Positions 37,419 through 46,594 of a DNA stretch of 64,000 bases are shown piece after piece. This DNA is from an uncultured Chthonomonadales bacterium. GTDB lineage: Bacteria > Armatimonadota > Chthonomonadetes > Chthonomonadales > CAJBBX01. The notes under the pieces were generated by a model, which saw nothing but the letters and a program-made list of their open reading frames with translations, did not search any database and was not told the DNA's origin. Position 1 is the stretch's first letter; every line of letters starts with the position of its first letter. The stretch is taken from assembly GCA_938005745.1 (NCBI GenBank), contig CALLMM010000005.1:33895-97894 (forward strand). Reading direction: 5' to 3'. The position numbers and the translations under genes were made by a program.

Positions 37419-38564
37419 CTATTCGATCAACGCCAGGTTATCGCGATGGATAACCTCCTCATAGGAGCGGTAGCCGAGAACCGCCTCGAACTGATCGCTG
37501 CGCAGTCCCTGAATGCGGCGCAGCTCCGCCGCGCTGTAGTTGGTCAAGCCGCGCGCCAGGCAGGTTCCGGTTTCGCTGAAGACTTCGATCAGGTCACCGC
37601 TCTCGAACGCTCCTTCTACGGCGACTACTCCCACCGCCAGCAGGCTCACACCCTCGGATAGGAGTCTCTGCGCGGCGCGTTCGTTGATGCGGACGCTGCC
37701 GCGCGGTCGGGAGCCTGCGGCGATCCACCGTTTGCGTCCCCGCTGGCGTCCCGGACGCGGCAGGAAGGTGGTTCCGACGGGTCTTCCGGAGACCACCTCC
37801 TCCACCACCTTTTCGCGGCGTCCGTGCGCAATGACCGTGCGGATGCCGAACGCGGTCGCGATGCGCGCCGCCTCGATCTTGGTGCGCATTCCTCCGGTTC
37901 CAACTCCCCCGGCGGCTCCTCCCGCCAGCGCCTCGATGGAGGCGTCAATCTTCGCCACCTCGCGGATCGGCACTGTGCCCGGTTCTTTTTCGGAAGGAAA
38001 CCGCGCAAATAGCCCCTCCACATCGGAGAGGATCAGCAGCAGGTCGGCTTCCGCAAGGACGGCGACCCGCGCCGCAAGCGTATCGTTATCGCCGAAGCGG
38101 ATCTCATCCACCGCGACGGTGTCGTTCTCGTTGATGATGGGAACCACGCCCAGCGAGAGCAGGGCGGTCAGGGTATTGCGTGCGTTGAGAAAGCGTCGGC
38201 GGTCCGCCAGGTCGTCGCGGGTGAGCAGCACCTGCGCCACCGTAACATCGCGCCAGGCGAAAGCCTCCGTGTAGGTGTGCAACAGCAGCCCCTGTCCCAC
38301 CGCCGCCGCCGCCTGTTTGTAGGGGAGGGTGTTTGCGTCCGCGCTGGCGTGCGAAGCGGGGGAGGCGGCGCGCAGCTCCAGGCGTTCGCGACCGGCGCGT
38401 ATCGCCCCGGAGGTTACCAGGATCACCTCTCTGCCTGCGGCGCGCTGCGCGGCAAGCTGCGCCGTCAGGTCGGCGATATATCCGCGATGGATCCGTCCCT
38501 GCGGGTCGGTCAGCGTGCTGGTTCCGACCTTGACGACCAGTCTTCGCGGCGGCTGATCATGCAT
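37419..38564 (-). CDS. proB: Glutamate 5-kinase with PUA domain
   Basis: Start trimmed to MHDQPPRRLVVKVGTSTLTD. VTSGAI, GDNDTLAA motifs. C-terminal PUA (GDLIEV...ARGLTNYS). Overlaps the obg stop by 8 nt. Confidence 0.9.
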   Translation of the reverse strand: MHDQPPRRLVVKVGTSTLTDPQGRIHRGYIADLTAQLAAQRAAGREVILVTSGAIRAGRERLELRAASPASHASADANTLPYKQAAAAVGQGLLLHTYTEAFAWRDVTVAQVLLTRDDLADRRRFLNARNTLTALLSLGVVPIINENDTVAVDEIRFGDNDTLAARVAVLAEADLLLILSDVEGLFARFPSEKEPGTVPIREVAKIDASIEALAGGAAGGVGTGGMRTKIEAARIATAFGIRTVIAHGRREKVVEEVVSGRPVGTTFLPRPGRQRGRKRWIAAGSRPRGSVRINERAAQRLLSEGVSLLAVGVVAVEGAFESGDLIEVFSETGTCLARGLTNYSAAELRRIQGLRSDQFEAVLGYRSYEEVIHRDNLALIE

Positions 38565-39873
38565 CACGCTCCATCTCCTCCGCCTCTTCGTCCTGGTAGT
38601 CGAACTCCGCGCTGCCGATCCGCACCGTGTCACCGTCTTTTGCGCCGCGCGCCTTCAGTTTGCGATGGACGCCCAGCTTCTCCAGCAGCCGCTGCAGCCG
38701 GCGCACCGCGTATTCATTGTCCAGGTCGGTCATGGCGATCCGACGCTCCAGCCCTCTGCCTTCGATCACCCACTCTCCCGGCGCGGGCTGCAGGATCTCA
38801 AACCGCTTCAGATCGCGGTCACGCTCCGCCCGGATATGCACGATCGGCTCCGCCGGCTGCGCGGCGATCTCGGCTTTCGTCCGCTCCAGCTGGTCCCAGA
38901 CGGCGTAGAGCAGCGGCTCCAGCCCCTGGCGGGTCGCGGCGGAGATCCGATAGACCGGGTAGCCCTCGTCGTGCAGCGTCTGCTCCAGTCGGCGGACGCT
39001 CTCCAGGTCGGTCGCCACATCCATCTTGTTGAGGGCGACGATCTGCGGCAGGCTCGCCATCTTTTCGCTGTAGAGCGAGAGTTCGCGGTTGATGACGCGA
39101 AAATCGTCCAGCGGATCGCGCCCGCTGAGACCGCTGACATCCAGCAAGTGCACCAGAACGCGGGTACGCTCGACATGGCGCAGAAACTGCGTTCCCAGCC
39201 CGACGCCCTGATGCGCTCCCTCGATCAGTCCCGGAAGGTCCGCCATGACAAACGACTGATGGTTGTCCATGTAGACGACGCCCAGGTTGGGGATCAGGGT
39301 GGTGAAGGGGTAGTCTGCGATCTTCGGGCGGGCCGCGGAGACGGCGGCGATCAGCGTGGATTTGCCGACGCTCGGATATCCGAGCAGCCCGACATCCGCC
39401 AGCAGTTTCAACTCCAGACGCAGAGATCGGTGTTCGCCCGGTTCGCCCTTTTCGGCGAACTTCGGCGCCTGCTGCACGGAGGTGGCGAAGTGCGCGTTAC
39501 CGCGTCCTCCCGCGCCGCCCTTTGCCACCACCTCCCGCTCTCCCGGCGCGGTCAGGTCCGCCAGGAGCGCGCCGGTATCGCGGTCATAGATGGCGGTTCC
39601 CGGCGGAACCTTCAGGATCAGGTCTGCGCCGTCTTTGCCGTACATATTCTTGTGCTGACCGTCGCCGCCGCGCTCCGCTTTATAGTGGCGTTTATAGCGA
39701 AAGTCGAGCAGCGTGGAGAGGTGGGGGTCCACCTCAAAGATCACGCAGCCGCCGCGTCCGCCGTCCCCGCCGTCGGGTCCGCCGTTGGGGACATACTTCT
39801 CCTTGCGGAAGGTGACGGCGCCGTTGCCGCCGTCGCCCGCGCTGACTTCGATCTCTACCTGATCTACAAACAT
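38557..39873 (-). CDS. obg: GTPase Obg/CgtA
   Basis: Start trimmed to MFVDQVEIEVSAGDGGNG. Glycine-rich Obg fold, G1 GYPSVGKST, G4 NKMD, C-terminal OCT domain. The 85-aa N-terminal extension in the track is spurious. Confidence 0.92.
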   Translation of the reverse strand: MFVDQVEIEVSAGDGGNGAVTFRKEKYVPNGGPDGGDGGRGGCVIFEVDPHLSTLLDFRYKRHYKAERGGDGQHKNMYGKDGADLILKVPPGTAIYDRDTGALLADLTAPGEREVVAKGGAGGRGNAHFATSVQQAPKFAEKGEPGEHRSLRLELKLLADVGLLGYPSVGKSTLIAAVSAARPKIADYPFTTLIPNLGVVYMDNHQSFVMADLPGLIEGAHQGVGLGTQFLRHVERTRVLVHLLDVSGLSGRDPLDDFRVINRELSLYSEKMASLPQIVALNKMDVATDLESVRRLEQTLHDEGYPVYRISAATRQGLEPLLYAVWDQLERTKAEIAAQPAEPIVHIRAERDRDLKRFEILQPAPGEWVIEGRGLERRIAMTDLDNEYAVRRLQRLLEKLGVHRKLKARGAKDGDTVRIGSAEFDYQDEEAEEMERDA

Positions 39874-39937
39874 CGTCTGCTGCCTGTTCTGCTCGGAGAC
39901 GCGCGCAGAATCGGTCTCCGGGAAGCGTTGCGGGATG

Positions 39938-39977
39938 GAAAAGACAAAAAGCCCGACGGCGGAAAGCGCGTCGGGCG
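39938..39977 (-). terminator. Intrinsic terminator/attenuator between rpmA and obg
   Basis: On the minus strand GCCCGACG-10 nt loop-CGTCGGGC followed by TTTTTGTCTTTT. Confidence 0.65.
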
Positions 39978-39994
39978 GAATGTACGGTCGCTGA

Positions 39995-40315
39995 CTACTC
40001 GGCGGCGGCTTCGACGGTCCCGGCGGGAGTTGCGGGTTCGGCGGGAGCCGACGCCTCTGCGGGCAGTTCCGGATAGACGCTGACGCGCCGCTTGTTTTTC
40101 GGTCCTTCGAAGACGACGATGCCGTCAATCAGCGAAAACAGGGTGTGGTCTTTGCCCAGCCCGACGTTCTTACCGGGATGGAAGGGCGTGCCGCGCTGAC
40201 GTACCAGGATCGCGCCGCAGCGAACGGTATGTCCGCCGAACTCCTTGACGCCAAGCCGCTTGGCTTTGCTGTCGCGTCCGTTGCGCGAGCTTCCAACGCC
40301 TTTCTTATGTGCCAT
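39995..40315 (-). CDS. rpmA: 50S ribosomal protein L27
   Basis: [16 protein letters not shown]...ILVRQRGT. About 20-aa Ala/Pro/Glu-rich C-terminal tail. Confidence 0.95.
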   Translation of the reverse strand: MAHKKGVGSSRNGRDSKAKRLGVKEFGGHTVRCGAILVRQRGTPFHPGKNVGLGKDHTLFSLIDGIVVFEGPKNKRRVSVYPELPAEASAPAEPATPAGTVEAAAE

Positions 40316-40396
40316 CTCTCTATCCTCCGGGAGTCGCTGCGAAGACGCAACAGGGCGCGCCAGCCGGCGCGCACGCAGCCTGCGCCCGGGACTCCT

Positions 40397-40708
40397 TTAT
40401 GATTCGATCTTCTCCACCTGCAGGCGGGTCTGCCACTGGCGATGTCCGTAGTGGCGTTGAATATTCTTTTTGGGCTTGTAGGTATAGCCCCGGATCTTGG
40501 CGCCTTTGGCGGTCTCCAGCACGCGGGCGGTAACCTTCGCGCCGGGAACAACGGGCGCGCCGACCTTCACCGCGTCGCCGTCAACCAGCATCAGCACTTC
40601 GGTCAGCTCCACGGTTTCACCGGCGTCCGCCTCGAGCTTCTCGACCGTAAAGACCGTCTTCTCAGAGACTTTATACTGCTTGCCTCCGGTGCGAACGATT
40701 GCGTACAT
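40397..40708 (-). CDS. rplU: 50S ribosomal protein L21
   Basis: [14 protein letters not shown]...GHRQ pattern. Confidence 0.95.
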   Translation of the reverse strand: MYAIVRTGGKQYKVSEKTVFTVEKLEADAGETVELTEVLMLVDGDAVKVGAPVVPGAKVTARVLETAKGAKIRGYTYKPKKNIQRHYGHRQWQTRLQVEKIES

Positions 40709-40808
40709 AGGAAGCCTCTTCTCACAAGAAGGACGCCCCTTCGCGAGCGAAGGAGCGTCCTGGTTCTCTTTTTCAGGTAGCCCCGAACTTGATCGGTCGA
40801 AGATAATA

Positions 40809-42695
40809 TCATATTACCTCGGTTTTGTCAAGGGGGCGGTTGGTTCCGGGAATGATGCTGGCTTCGGCATAGGAGCGATGAATGTTCTGAATCTTCGCCT
40901 TCACCTTCTGACCGACCAGCTTCTTTCCGTCGTTGAGCACGATCAGATAGCCGTCTGTCCATCCGACGACGCCGGGCTCCGGCAGGACATGGGAGCGCGC
41001 GATGCGGCACTCCACCACCTGCGCCCGCCGAAAACCGCCGATGCGTTTGTCCAGATCGGCGATGTCTCCGGGCGTAACGGTGAACTTTTCGATGTGCAGT
41101 TCATGATCAGCGCGAACATAGACCGCGCAGCCGATCTCGCGCTCTATCTGATCTACGGTCGCCCCGTCCGGACCGACCAGCAGCTCCGCCACGTCCGGAT
41201 GACAGGTAACCAGAAGCGCGTCCCGCTCCTTCTTGCCGGTGCGGACGCATCGGCGCAGTTCACGCTCCACCATCATGCTGACGGTATCCGCCGAGGGCAG
41301 TTTTCCGCGTCCTCCGCAGTAGGGGCAGGCTTCGGTCATGAAGTCCGTGATCGTCTCGCCGGTACGCTTGCGGGTCATCTCCACCAGTCCCAGCGGGCTG
41401 ATGTTGGAGATCTTGGTGCGCGAACGGTCGCGTTTGAGGGCGGTCTCCAGCGCGCGAACCACCTGCTGCTTGTCGCGGGGATTGTTCATGTCAATGAAGT
41501 CAATGACGATGATCCCGCCGATGTCGCGCAGTCGGAGCTGACGGGCGATCTCGTTGGCTGCGTCCAGATTGGTCTTCAGGATCGTCTCGGAGAGGCTGCC
41601 GCCGCCGACGAATTTTCCCGTATTGATGTCAATGACCGTCAACGCCTCCGTCTCATCGAAGATCAGATAGCCTCCGGAACGGAGCCAGACCTTGCGCTTG
41701 AGGGAGCGTTCTATCTCGTTTTCGATGTTGAACTGATCGAACAGGGGCGTGTCGCCGGTGTAGAGTTGAATACGGCCTCGCAGCTTGGGAGAGACCATCT
41801 CCAGAAGTTCGTTGGCTTTTTCATACTCCTGCGGGTCGTCAATGACCAGCCGATTCACATCCGAACCGAACACATCGCGCAGCGTCTTGTAGACCAGCGT
41901 CAGGTCCTGATGGATCAACGCGGGGGCGCGGGACTTGCGGGCGTTCTCCTGAATCTGTTTCCAGAGCTTCAGCAGGAACTCTTTGTCCGCCATCAACTCC
42001 TGCTCGGTCTTATCCTCCGCCTCGGTGCGGATGATGATGCCGAAGCCCGGCTCCCGCAGCTTCTCTCCGATCTTCTTGAGACGGTCGCGCTCTTTGCCGT
42101 CCTCCACTTTTCGGGATACGCCGATGTTGTCCGCTTCGGGCATCAGTACCAGATAGCGTCCCGGCAGAGAGATTCGAGTGGAGACCCGTGCGCCTTTGGA
42201 GCCGCGCGGTCCTTTGATGACCTGAACCAGAAGCTCCTGTCCCTCTTTCAGCACATCTTTGATCTTCTGCTGCCGCAGATAGGAGCGTCGCGTTGAGGGG
42301 CGACGCGCGGGTCTTCGACCTGCCGATGAGGGTTCGCCCGGCAGCATGACGACCTGTGCCTCTTCGCCCTCTTCGTCTTCCTCTTCGCTCTCGGAGTCCT
42401 CCTCCGCGCCGTTTTCGGCGTCCTCCGAAAAGGTCTCGCGCTCGGAGGCGCCGTTGGAGGATTCGGCATCGGCGTTGGGAAGGATATCTCCGACATAGAG
42501 GAAGGCGTTGCGCTCCAGACCGATGTCCACAAACGCGGCGTCCATTCCGGGAAGGATGTTCTCCACGCGCGCCTTGTAGAGACTGCCGACGACACGCTCT
42601 TCGCGTTCGATGTGCAGCTCCGCCAGCTTCCCATCTTCGAGGACGGCGATGCGCGTCTCACGCGCCCCGACATTGACCATAATCTCTTTGGTCAA
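40809..42695 (-). CDS. Ribonuclease E/G family endoribonuclease
   Basis: 628 aa. S1 domain (GSLYKARVENILPGMDAAFVDIG), DNase-I-like core (IIVIDFIDM), Zn-link CPYCGGRG. Carries a ~70-aa acidic/basic insertion in the S1 region. Confidence 0.9.
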   Translation of the reverse strand: MTKEIMVNVGARETRIAVLEDGKLAELHIEREERVVGSLYKARVENILPGMDAAFVDIGLERNAFLYVGDILPNADAESSNGASERETFSEDAENGAEEDSESEEEDEEGEEAQVVMLPGEPSSAGRRPARRPSTRRSYLRQQKIKDVLKEGQELLVQVIKGPRGSKGARVSTRISLPGRYLVLMPEADNIGVSRKVEDGKERDRLKKIGEKLREPGFGIIIRTEAEDKTEQELMADKEFLLKLWKQIQENARKSRAPALIHQDLTLVYKTLRDVFGSDVNRLVIDDPQEYEKANELLEMVSPKLRGRIQLYTGDTPLFDQFNIENEIERSLKRKVWLRSGGYLIFDETEALTVIDINTGKFVGGGSLSETILKTNLDAANEIARQLRLRDIGGIIVIDFIDMNNPRDKQQVVRALETALKRDRSRTKISNISPLGLVEMTRKRTGETITDFMTEACPYCGGRGKLPSADTVSMMVERELRRCVRTGKKERDALLVTCHPDVAELLVGPDGATVDQIEREIGCAVYVRADHELHIEKFTVTPGDIADLDKRIGGFRRAQVVECRIARSHVLPEPGVVGWTDGYLIVLNDGKKLVGQKVKAKIQNIHRSYAEASIIPGTNRPLDKTEVI

Positions 42696-42753
42696 TCTGG
42701 TATCACCTCCTTTTCAATATGTGATTTTCAGGGTGCAGACAGATAAGATCGCA

Positions 42754-42787
42754 GGCGGGGAGAGGGGAGGATCGTCCCCTCCCGCCC
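42754..42787 (-). terminator. Candidate terminator hairpin downstream of 42814..43101
   Basis: GGCGGG(GAG)AGGGGA-loop-TCCCCTCCCGCC GC-rich hairpin. Weak U-tract. Confidence 0.4.
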
Positions 42788-42813
42788 GTTAAGATCGACA
42801 GAAGGCGCTCTTG

Positions 42814-43101
42814 TTAAGACTTGCCTCCCTGCTTCTTGAGCGCAGCCTTGATCTTCGCCTCTTTCTCTTTCGCGGACAGTTTGTCAAACGCGGGCTTGCA
42901 GCCCGGGCAGCAGAAGTTTACTCTGTATCTGCCAAAGGTGGAGCTTCCGCCGGAGGGGCTGGCTTTCTCCAGCTCCATAGGGCAGATGTTTACCACGATG
43001 GGTTTGGGGTTCGCCTTCGGCTTATTCTGCGGCGCGCCCGCGAAGGCGGCGCCCGCCAGGAAGACGGCGGCGACGGTCATTGTAAGAGCTTTTTTCAGCA
43101 T
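42814..43101 (-). CDS. Small secreted cysteine-rich protein, YHS/TRASH-like putative metal-binding domain
   Basis: Start trimmed to MLKKALTMTVAAVFLAGAAFA (GGAGGTCTCT Shine-Dalgarno). ICPM...FCCPGC cysteine pattern. Lys-rich tail. Confidence 0.6.
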   Translation of the reverse strand: MLKKALTMTVAAVFLAGAAFAGAPQNKPKANPKPIVVNICPMELEKASPSGGSSTFGRYRVNFCCPGCKPAFDKLSAKEKEAKIKAALKKQGGKS

Positions 43102-43641
43102 AGAGACCTCCAGAGTTGAGCGTAGTGCAGGGACTGCGGGAGACGAGGCACGAAGGTGGAGCGCAGGGCGCAAAGACAGAGGGCGGCAGCAAGAAGCGCA
43201 GAAGCCTGAAAACATTCACACATACCGCTTTTCAACCGCATCTCCCTCGCCGTGCGTCCTCTCTGCGCGGTGTGCGCGCCGGGGGCAGGAATAGAGACGC
43301 GCCGGACAGCGACAGACTCCTGACGATATCCTGCGCCTTCATCTAAGTATACATAAAGTTGGTAGTAAAATCAATCCATGCAAAAGAATGCAGGGAATGC
43401 CTGTCCCGGCGACCGATAATGAAAATAGAGGCAAGTCATGTCCGGTTGTCGAAAAAATATTTAGTCTAGCTAATATTCTGGCACGATTTATGCAAAAATG
43501 CAATGTATACTGGCTCCTCCGCGTGGGAGTCCTGTTTGCGAGTTTGACGCAATATATGGAAAAAAATCTGGATGAACTGCCCTCCTGCGCGCTGACCGTT
43601 AGAGGCGGCGCGCAGGACTACACGACCGGGAACCGCATCCG

Positions 43642-44850
43642 TTGAAGGCTGATACTCGCCCGATCCGTGCGCTCTTTGTCAATACGCGCAGCCGTCTCGG
43701 CGCCGATGTCGCCGTACACCTGCAGCTTATTCGCAGTTTCGACCCGGAGCAGTGTCAGGTAACGCTGGCGACCAACAGCCGCGCCCCAGACATGGAACGT
43801 GTCCTGCAGGCGGTTCGCGGGGTTCCGGGACTGCAGGTCGTAGCCCTGAACCTGGGGTATGAGCTGTACGGGCGGGGGTGTATCGGCAGGTGGATCGGGG
43901 CGGCGGGCAATGCGCTGGCGCTGCTGTGGAGCGTGATGCGGCTTGCGGCGTTGATACGCCTCCGGAAGATTGATGTTCTGCACAGCACGGATCGTCCGCG
44001 CGATGCGCTGGTCTCCACGCTGCTGGCGCGGCTGACCGGGCGGCGCAATCTGCTGCATATCCACATCAAGTGGACGCCGCATATGGGGCGCGCCACGCGC
44101 TGGGCGATGGAGCGCTGCGATGCGGCGCTGGCGATCAGTCAGTTTGTCCGACGTTCGCTGCTGGAAGGGGGAGTCCCCGAAAGGAAGATATATACCGTCC
44201 TGAACGCGACCGACGCCGGAGTGTTTGATCCAGGCAGGCATCCGCCCGGCAGTTTTCGCGCCCGATGGCGGATTGCGCCGCAGACGCCTCTGCTGGGGAT
44301 TATCGCGCGGGTGATGGTCTGGAAGGGGCATCTAGAGTTGATCGAGGCGCTGGCGAAGGTGCGCGAGCGGTTTCCGGAGGTTCGCCTCGCCATTGTCGGG
44401 GAGGTGGATCACCTGATGAGTCAGGGCGGAGAGAGCTACTACGAGCAGCTTCTGCAGCGCATTGACGCGCTGGGGTTGACGGAGAACGTCCTGTGGGTCG
44501 GCTGGCAGGACGATGTCCCCGGAGTGATGGCGGATCTGGATGTGGTCTGCGTACCCAGCGTAGAGGAGCCGTTCGGACTGGTGATCACCGAGGCGATGGC
44601 GATGGAGCGTCCGGTGGTCGGGTTCGCGTCGGGGGCGCAGCCGGAGATCATCACGGACGGCGAAAACGGTCTGCTGGTTCCCCCGGGGGACTGTGAGGCG
44701 CTGGCGGAAGCGATCCTGCGGCTGCTGGAGGATGAGACGCTGCGTCAGCGGCTGGGGAGGCGCGCCCGTCAGACGGTGATCGAACGGTTTTCGCCCGCTC
44801 GACAGGCGGACGAGATGCTGAGAGTCTATCGTTCTGTTCTGAGCGTATGA
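43642..44850 (+). CDS. Glycosyltransferase family 4 (GT-B, GT1-type fold)
   Basis: 402 aa. C-terminal EEPFGLVITEAMAMERPVV (E-x7-E motif). TTG start, uncertain. Confidence 0.8.
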   Translation: MKADTRPIRALFVNTRSRLGADVAVHLQLIRSFDPEQCQVTLATNSRAPDMERVLQAVRGVPGLQVVALNLGYELYGRGCIGRWIGAAGNALALLWSVMRLAALIRLRKIDVLHSTDRPRDALVSTLLARLTGRRNLLHIHIKWTPHMGRATRWAMERCDAALAISQFVRRSLLEGGVPERKIYTVLNATDAGVFDPGRHPPGSFRARWRIAPQTPLLGIIARVMVWKGHLELIEALAKVRERFPEVRLAIVGEVDHLMSQGGESYYEQLLQRIDALGLTENVLWVGWQDDVPGVMADLDVVCVPSVEEPFGLVITEAMAMERPVVGFASGAQPEIITDGENGLLVPPGDCEALAEAILRLLEDETLRQRLGRRARQTVIERFSPARQADEMLRVYRSVLSV

Positions 44851-44938
44851 ACTTATGCCTGCCCTCTTTCGTACAGCTAAGTACGAAAGAGGGGTTTTCC
44901 TGTCGTGTTGGCGTGTCGTGAGGTGAGGAGACTGTTGG

Positions 44939-46540
44939 ATGCGTTCGCTTTTTGTGGTCAATCCGCCGGCGAGACCGGGATATACGACCGAGAGGTCGCA
45001 GTCCGCCGGGATCGGCGTGTCGCGGAAACTGAAGCCCTGGGAGAAGGACTATCTGCTCCTGCCGGCTCCCGACATTCTGCTGACGGCAGCCGTCGGCGAG
45101 CAGTGCGGGCTGAAGACGGCGATCCTCGATCTGGTGCTGGAGCGTCTTTACGGGCAGAAGGCGGTGGATTTTGTCGTGGAGCGCATCCGCAGGGAGACGG
45201 GACCGGAGGATGAGGTCTGGGTCTGCGTGCGCCTCTCCATCCCGACCATGCTTCCCGACCTGCGTTTTGCCGATCAGATCAAGGAGCGTCTGCCGCATGT
45301 GCGTCTCTTCTTGATCGGTACGGTGATTATGGCGACGCTGGATAACTGGGTTGGTCAGACGAAGGCGGACGCCGTCATCTACGGCGAGCCGGAGGCGGTG
45401 GTCGGTCCGATGTTTCAGGCGGAGGGCGATGCCTGGAAGCGGCAGAAGGGGGTGATAGACCCCCGCCGCTATATTCCGCTGACCGGGGACGCGCTCTACG
45501 ACGGCTCCGCGCAGTCGCGCTTCAAGGACTGGGTGCTCGTCAAGAATCTGGCGGAGATACCCTTTCCCGCCTACCATCTGCTGCCGCTGGAGCGGTACAG
45601 CCCGACCGGAAAGACGGAGGATGTCGCGACCTACGTGACCGCCAGCCGGGGCTGTCCGATCGGCTGCACGATGTGTCCCTACATGCTGCTGGAGGGGCGT
45701 CCGCTGCGAATCAGCACGGCGGATCGGGTGGTAGATGAGATCGAGTATCTGAACCGCAACTGGGGCATCCACAAGATTCGGTTCCGCGACCCCAACTTCG
45801 GGTTCAACCGTAAGCAGGTGCGCGAGATCCTGACGAAGGTGATCGAGCGGAAGGTGAAGCTGCATGCGACCGTCGAGGTGAGCCTGGAGGTGGTGGACGA
45901 CGACCTGATCGCGTTGATGGCGAAGGCGGGCGTCCATACCATCACGACCGGCGTCGAGACCGCCGACGAAGAGTGCATGGAGAGCATCGGACAGAAGATC
46001 AAGGTCAACGACATCCTGGCGCAGAAGATCGCGCTGGCGGACTCGCTGGGAATCCATGTCTATGGAACGTTTGTGGTCGGTTCGCCGGAGGAGAGCTGGG
46101 AGACGGTGGAGAAGACGATCAACTACTCCAAACAGCTTGCGTGCGAGTGCGCCTTCACGGTGATGACGCCCTTCCCCGGCACGCCCCTCTACTATCGGGC
46201 GATACAGGAGGGGCTGCTCGACAAGGAGATGACCTACGAGAAGTGGAACAGTTACACCGCGACGGTGCGCTCACGCTTTCTGACGGCGGAGGACCTCGAT
46301 CTGGCGCGTCTGTGGGCGCGTCTGGAGTTGATCATCCCCTACCGCATTAATCGAGCGCGCAAATATGGCGTCAAAGAACTGATCAAGACTCATATCAAGA
46401 TGCTCCCCCGCCGTCTGGCGCTGATCTATGTGCGCGCCCGGGTGGCTGCCCGGAGGCGGAGAGGCTCACCGATCGTGAATATGCCGGAGAATATGACCAA
46501 GCCCATCGAGAAGATCCCGCTGGCGGCAAAAGGCGAGTAG
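44939..46540 (+). CDS. B12-binding-domain radical SAM protein (class B)
   Basis: 533 aa. N-terminal Rossmann-like B12-binding region, then YVTASRGCPIGCTMCPY (CxxxCxxC cluster). Confidence 0.85.
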   Translation: MRSLFVVNPPARPGYTTERSQSAGIGVSRKLKPWEKDYLLLPAPDILLTAAVGEQCGLKTAILDLVLERLYGQKAVDFVVERIRRETGPEDEVWVCVRLSIPTMLPDLRFADQIKERLPHVRLFLIGTVIMATLDNWVGQTKADAVIYGEPEAVVGPMFQAEGDAWKRQKGVIDPRRYIPLTGDALYDGSAQSRFKDWVLVKNLAEIPFPAYHLLPLERYSPTGKTEDVATYVTASRGCPIGCTMCPYMLLEGRPLRISTADRVVDEIEYLNRNWGIHKIRFRDPNFGFNRKQVREILTKVIERKVKLHATVEVSLEVVDDDLIALMAKAGVHTITTGVETADEECMESIGQKIKVNDILAQKIALADSLGIHVYGTFVVGSPEESWETVEKTINYSKQLACECAFTVMTPFPGTPLYYRAIQEGLLDKEMTYEKWNSYTATVRSRFLTAEDLDLARLWARLELIIPYRINRARKYGVKELIKTHIKMLPRRLALIYVRARVAARRRRGSPIVNMPENMTKPIEKIPLAAKGE

Positions 46541-46594
46541 ACGCAGGACTGGCTGGTATGAATCGGGGAGCGTTTCTCCACAGTTTACAGGGAG

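Noticed and set aside
39874-40128. 85-codon N-terminal extension of obg (likewise 38565..38633 for proB, 20403..20435, 21579..21710, 23020..23154, 43102..43215, 27465..27833, 6058..6267)
   Set aside because: The conserved family N-termini begin at internal Met/Val codons with Shine-Dalgarno sequences. The extensions cross terminators, promoters or neighbouring genes.
40709-40808. Hairpin GGACGC...GCGTCC followed by a T-run on the + strand between rne and rplU
   Set aside because: The orientation is wrong for terminating the minus-strand operon, and no + strand gene lies upstream. It may be an RNA-processing or leader structure, but I have no supporting evidence.
40497-42296. 599-aa + strand ORF
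   Set aside because: Shadow of RNase E/G and rplU. The same reasoning applies to 38665..40083 (obg), 14371..15519 (htrA), 44651..46057 (B12 radical SAM), 50269..51387 and 50538..51575 (ADH), 1014..2399 (GH2), 24550..25734 and 26169..26948 (GspF genes), 15666..16610 (fba), 7299..8462 (PMM), 21904..23013 and 23436..24380.
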